Source: Tubiluchus corallicola (taxonomy: Eukaryota > Animalia > Priapulida). From it: a stretch of DNA of 64,000 nt. The DNA is taken from NCBI GenBank assembly GCA_030141605.1, contig JAQGDQ010000195.1:344616-408615 (forward strand), written 5' to 3'. The notes under the pieces were generated by a model. That model did no database searches, was not told the origin of the DNA, and saw nothing but the letters and a program-made list of their open reading frames with translations. Positions within the stretch are counted from its first letter, which is position 1; each line of letters opens with the position of its first letter. Position numbers and translations under genes: made by a program. Below are positions 58,701 to 64,000 of the stretch, in pieces.

Positions 58701-59473
58701 ATATTTCCTGTAATGACCGTTATGTTTATCGTGCGATTTTTGTCGTTTTTCGAACAAAAATAAGTGCAAATTGCTTTGGCAATTAATGCAATCATATGGC
58801 ATTAGTTTTTCGCACAAAAATAAGTGCAAATTGCTTTGGCAATTAATGCAATCATATGGCATTAGTAACACAATCAATTTGCTTTAGCAGCTGAACAAAT
58901 AATTGGTGATCGGAAATAAAAGCCCAAGTCGATTAAATTGATTGATTGATCCCACCACTAATATACAGACAATATGTAGCTTTTCAGAGAGCAAGCAGAT
59001 GTACTTATACACCATTATTTACTTTGGCTGTTAGTTTTATGAAACTGCTTTTGAAAAGACGAAATTTGTATTTAAATTTTGCAGCTGCAATCCTGCAAAG
59101 TGGCCACAGCTCTTCACATTTTCCTCTTTTGCAAAGTCGGTAAAATATTTTCAACTGGCACCAATTTCCAATTGTTTACCTAAAACGACAGATAACATAA
59201 ACACGCAAAAATGTATTTCTTTCCCGACGACAATGATTTGTGTTCCCACTTTCGATCATCTTTCGATTTTTTTCCGTGTAAATTTTCTAGCTTTTGTTTA
59301 TTTGCTTCTTGATCAGGGTGCTCAATATGTAGTTTTTGTTTCATACATGTAATAATAGTAAATCGCATTGTTTTTTTCAGGATGCTAAATAGACCTGTTC
59401 CTGGTTGTTACGTATATAAGCTTTTTGGAAACACATTTTGCGATATTCAACATCCATGGCTGACCAAGCTAGG
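55712..59473 (+). CDS. Candidate 5' exons of an unidentified gene (MFGGSAAILQSGHSSSHFPLLQSRMLNRPVPGCYVYKLFGNTFCDIQHPWLTKLG...)
   Basis: Predicted exons 55712-55727 (ATG...G|gtaaaa), 59085-59139 (ttttgcag| ... |gtaaaa) and 59381-59473 (tttttcag| ... |gtgagt) join in one open frame with matching phases 1 and 2; CpG-rich stretch at 55605-55725. No homology recognised. Confidence 0.45.
56343..56600 (-). pseudogene. Decayed C2H2 zinc-finger array fragment
   Basis: KPFKCSECEATFTCTSKLTRHKKTH-MDEKQFLCSECKAEFIQASNLKCHKRRH-MGEKPFKC, then an abrupt break; no ATG or splice context. Confidence 0.7.
58753..58866. repeat. 60-bp tandem duplication
   Basis: acaaaaataagtgcaaattgctttggcaattaatgcaatcatatggcattag occurs twice. 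Confidence 0.85.
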
Positions 59474-59825
59474 GTGAGTACAGTGTTGCTGTTAGTATTA
59501 TTTCCTAACTGTAATTATACTTTTTACTTAGTAACGGTAGTTATAAACTTTAGTTATTTAGAAGTGGATTTACAACACAGTATAACTGATCATAGTATTG
59601 TAACTGTAATTATTTTTTGATGCTTTCCTGACTCATCCAAACGAAAAAACATTTCAGTGGAAAGTTTCTGCAATGGGTAAAGATGGTCATGCGGGTGTCA
59701 CGTTTTCCTCATCATGTGTCAGGCTTTGAATGGGACAAATGTAGATGAGGAACATGGACAATTCATTTAAATAAAATTTGTGGTTCTTGCAGCTTTTATA
59801 GGTGCTGTTTCGTTTTGATTTGGAA

Positions 59826-60104
59826 CATTGATACAGTGTGTCATATTTATACATAGATACAGGCATCATATTGATGCATTGATACAGTGTATCACATTGA
59901 TACATTGATACAGGCATCGTATTGATGCATTGATACATTGTATCATATTCGTTCATTGATATTGTGTATCATATTGATACATTGATACAGGTATCATATT
60001 GATGTATTGATACAGTGTATCATATTGATACGTTGATACAGTGTATCATATCGATATGTTGATACAGTGTGTCGTATTGATGCATTGATACAGCATATCG
60101 TATC
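59826..60104. repeat. Degenerate palindromic minisatellite (cattgatacagtgtatcatattgat)
   Basis: Core tgataca-g-tgtatca. Confidence 0.8.
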
Positions 60105-60154
60105 GCAGCTGAATCGTCTGTTGTGTCATTTCAAGCTTGTTATGACGTGTGCTT

Positions 60155-60330
60155 GGTAACCGAAGTTAAGCAACATCGAGGAAGGTCAATGAATGGATGG
60201 GCAACCACTGATCTGGTTCGATACTCGTTCTGTTGTTTCCTTAGCCGTGGTGACTCTGGCTGCTTGCCTCGCAGGAATGCATTGATATTTGAGCGTGGCT
60301 AAGACACCTACAGCTGTTTGTTCTCGTAAA
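60155..60330 (+). mobile_element. Degenerate 5S-derived SINE fragment, different body
   Basis: accgaagttaagcaacatcgag...ggatgggcaacc matches the 5S box A to box C region; downstream sequence is unrelated to the 51775 element. Confidence 0.5.
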
Positions 60331-62460
60331 TAGCTTGATAGGACTAACGTGAAATTTTGGCTACAAGCATCCATATTTTTGCTCGTGTGTTTGTTCCTTC
60401 ATACTTTTGTTTTTTCGTTCATTTCATCACTCATTCATTTTGAGAATCATTTATAATTTTAATGTCTAACTGTTTGATTTTCATAAAATGAGAGATAACA
60501 TGTAACTTCTGGGTGAATGTTTGAGCAGTGATTTTTGCTATCTTTCTTCACCATGTCTTTTACTTACTGTTCAGTTGTGTGCTAACACATTTTTGTGGTT
60601 ATGCATGATATTGAATTTAATTTTCCGAAGGCCACGTCCTGCGTGATATAGTGGTATATTTTTAACAGCAGCGAAGTAAACTCTTTGAAATAGCCTTAGC
60701 AAAATTTCGTTACGTAAAAGTTTGTACCAATCTACTGTGAAATGAGTGCCGCCAAAGTGCGCAGCTGCCGCCACTACCCAGATGGGTTCAACACGGTTAT
60801 GCTTGGTCTATTCGTGCTGCTATTTTCTGTTTTGCATTTCTTTAAAGCGCAAGAAAACCCTTCACTTAAAAATTTATACTACTTACATACTGTCTTTTTG
60901 CATGCAGGGCTTGCGTCGGCAGTAACGCTATAAAACGTATTTAAACTCCCATGATGACCGTTAGATGTAGCCATTTTGACAATAAGTCATTTGAAACAAG
61001 TTTAGATAACATTGACTAAAGTTTGAAAAAATGATTAGAGCATTCGTAGCGCACACGTCACTAACTAAGTAAAATTTGAAATTACGGTACCTTGTCAATA
61101 AGATTAAAAATACGTTTTTGGTTAGTGAGAGGTGCACCCTGGAGGGTGAATCAGCGACCCTTTACGAATGGGTATGAACATTTTAAATTAATACTTCTAG
61201 TTACATAAGTCTTTCCTGCAGGTAAGCGAAATGGTAAGTAATAATATAGATTTACATGGAAAGCTTTTGGGACATAGCTTAACAGTGCTTTTTCTTCCCC
61301 TGATTTACGTTGCATAGGTGACATCATGTAATGGGAACAGTATTGCGGGAAATTTAAAATGAAAACAAACAAAAATTACTTCTAACGCGAGTACGATATA
61401 TGCATAAAAATACTATGAAATAATGTAATTTTTAAGGCAATTTTTCTGAAACCTACTTCCGGTACCCCTCTTCTTTTGATTTAAGCTTAAATCCAATTCG
61501 TTCGGTTCTGGATGCCTAGCCCTCCGTCTCCCCCCTCACAGCTTTCCATCTGTTTTCCAATAGATACTGTCTGCCTAGGAACAGCTGTCCTCGAACGTCT
61601 TCAGTGTTGTGGATTATAATATTAGAAGTTTGTGTGCACAAATGTTTCGGCTCATCTGCTGTGTATAACCCATCCCTACCCTCACGTTTGCTGTGTAAAT
61701 TTGCAATGGCAGTGAATCACTATCCATTACAACCTGTAACTATTTGTTAGATTATCTGACAACGCGATGGGCACTGTTACCTTATTTTTTCATTTTAGTA
61801 TTTGTAAACAATTAATTACCAAGGTAAACGTTTCACTGTATTAATTTTTTCATTCATAATCGTGGACAAATGTTCACAAATCTTCATAGAACTTCTCACT
61901 TCCCGTCGACTTGAGACTGACTACTTATTTTTTGTACAGCGTAAACTGTTTAAAGTGTTTTGGAACATCTTGATATTTCTTGTAGAGGGCCTAAACTGTT
62001 TGTAGTATGTTGGAACATCTTGATATCTCTTTTGCAGTGTAAACTGTTTGTGGTATGTTAAAACATCTTTATATTTGTCATTTTAAGTACATCGTCAACT
62101 ATTTGTAGTATGTTGAAATATCTTGACACGCATCATGTACAGGTGAAAACACTGCTGCGTGCTTGAATGCGAATTGTCGTACATACGCTACGCATCGTTG
62201 ATCACGCATTATGACGTATTATAGGAGAGGGAGTCTCATCTTTATTGTTGATTATGTTTGCTTATGATCTGTTTTGCTATAATAAAATACACGTATTTAT
62301 TCTGCTATGTATTAAGTATAGTAAATGACGTAACTATAGTTGTAATAAAGTTATTTATAGTATTCTAGCTGAGTTATAAGCTGTCACATTCGCGACCTAT
62401 ATAACTAAAGATTAATCACATGAATCGCAAGTAATTAGACACACGTGAATTAGACACACG

Positions 62461-63205
62461 TTGGGTCACGTGTTTGGCGTTACGCACATTTTCTGGCTGG
62501 TGTTCAAATTTAGACACGCGGGTCATTTGGGTCTTTTGTCAAAGTGTAGGTGGGTCACGTGTTTGATGTTACGCACATTTTCTGGCTGGTGTTCAAATTT
62601 AGACACGCGGGTAATTTGGGTCTTTTGTCAAAGTGTAGGTGGGTCACGTGTTTGATGTTACGCACATTTTCTGGCTGGTGTTCAAATTTAGACACGCGGG
62701 TCATTTGGGTTTTTTGTCAAAGTGTAGGTGGGTCACGTGTTTGGCGTTATGCACATTTTCTGGCTGGTTTTCAAATTTAGACACGTGGGTCATGTGGGTC
62801 TTTTGTCAAAGTGTAGGTGGGTCACCTTTTGGCGTTATGCACATTTTCTGGCTGGTGTTCAAATTTAGACACGCGGGTCATTTGGGTCTTTTGTCAAAGT
62901 GTAGGTGGGTCACGTGTTTGACGTTACGCGCATTTTCTGGCTGGTGTTCAAATTTAGACATGTGGGTCATTTGGGTCTTTTGTCAAAGTGTAGGTGGGTC
63001 ACGTGTTTGACGTTACGCACATTTTCTGTCTGGTGTTCAAATTTAGATACGAGGGTCTTTTGGGTCTTTTGTCAAAGTGTAGGTGGGTCACGTATTTGAT
63101 GTTACGCGGGCTGGTGTTCAAATTTAGATACGCGGGTCTTTTGTCAAAATGTAGGTGGGTCACGTGTTTGGCGTTACGCACATTTCCTGGCTGGTTTTCA
63201 AATTT
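62461..63205. repeat. 89-bp minisatellite containing gtcacgtg, about 8 units
   Basis: ORF starts recur at 62461, 62550 and 62639. Confidence 0.93.
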
Positions 63206-64000
63206 CACGCGGTTTTACAACACTACTATAAACTTTATTCTCGCTGGCTTCTTCTTACTAGAGATTAGCTTATCTTTTTGCATGTATTACTCATACAGCA
63301 CTCAACGCACGTTTTTCCGTGACTAAATCTTGGCTAAACTTTGGAGGCGCGAGTATTCTGCGCGGGAGAGAACAGGATGGTGGGGAAGTAGGTCTTCCTG
63401 TGGCAGGAAGGTAGACAGTTAACTGGAAGATTACCGTGATTATAGGCTGCTTTTTGTTGTGTCTGTATCGAAGTTGTTGTGACCGCAGACTGTAGCTGTT
63501 GTTTCTGCAGATTTATAATGGCTGCAAAATCTAGTTGGAATCGAATGTCAAAAACATACGAAGACATATCTTACGTAACATTAATTTACTTGTTGTTATC
63601 ATTATTTGTATTAATATTGTTGTTATTATTATGATTGTTTAGTTCGAACGTACTTTACACAAGTATATGATTAAAAGTGTAATCAGTCACAGTTTTAGAC
63701 TAGAGTACTTACTACTACACGCTTCATCCAATGTTGAAATGTCTTGCATATATACATGATTGTTGTGCAAAGCAATTAAGCAAATAGATATTTTTATGTT
63801 AAAAGTGGAAAACAGTACAAAACGTACCAATTAACTTCTTTCTTCTTTTTGTTTTCGTATTATTTATCACATTTTGTATTTTAATTTTTTTTTACTTACC
63901 TTTTTGTCAATGTACACACTTTTGTTAAAGAAACTTCATGTTTGTTTTAGCAGTATTTATTATTAATTGTGATGGCATTTCGATTGTTTATAGCTTCATT

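Overview
AT-rich, intron-rich eukaryotic (invertebrate animal) DNA. No CRISPR, operon or prokaryotic signal. Spliced genes reconstructed by hand from GT-AG boundaries and continuous reading phase: (1) the last six coding exons of an atypical Gyc-88E-like soluble guanylate cyclase on + (1250-12242), ending in a CaaX box (CTLL); (2) a complete 16-coding-exon SSRP1 (FACT subunit, 718 aa) on - (43442 to 15513); (3) a 3-exon VKORC1-family gene on - (48600 to 45141); (4) an intronless KRR1 on + (50501-51592), head-to-head with VKOR; (5) a candidate unidentified gene starting at 55712 on +. Introns and intergenic DNA are filled with minisatellites (including a 4.4-kb 51-bp array), MITEs (Tc2-like, hAT-like, Kolobok-like) and LINE fragments (RTE, CR1/L2-like). 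The most notable non-coding items are a Penelope-type minimal hammerhead ribozyme with a U3-A8 core variant in VKOR intron 2, and a full-length 5S-rRNA-headed SINE (12-bp TSD, RTE-like body and tail) inserted antisense just after the KRR1 stop codon. Most ORFs in the supplied track are repeat artefacts. All family assignments come from motif recognition without database searches.
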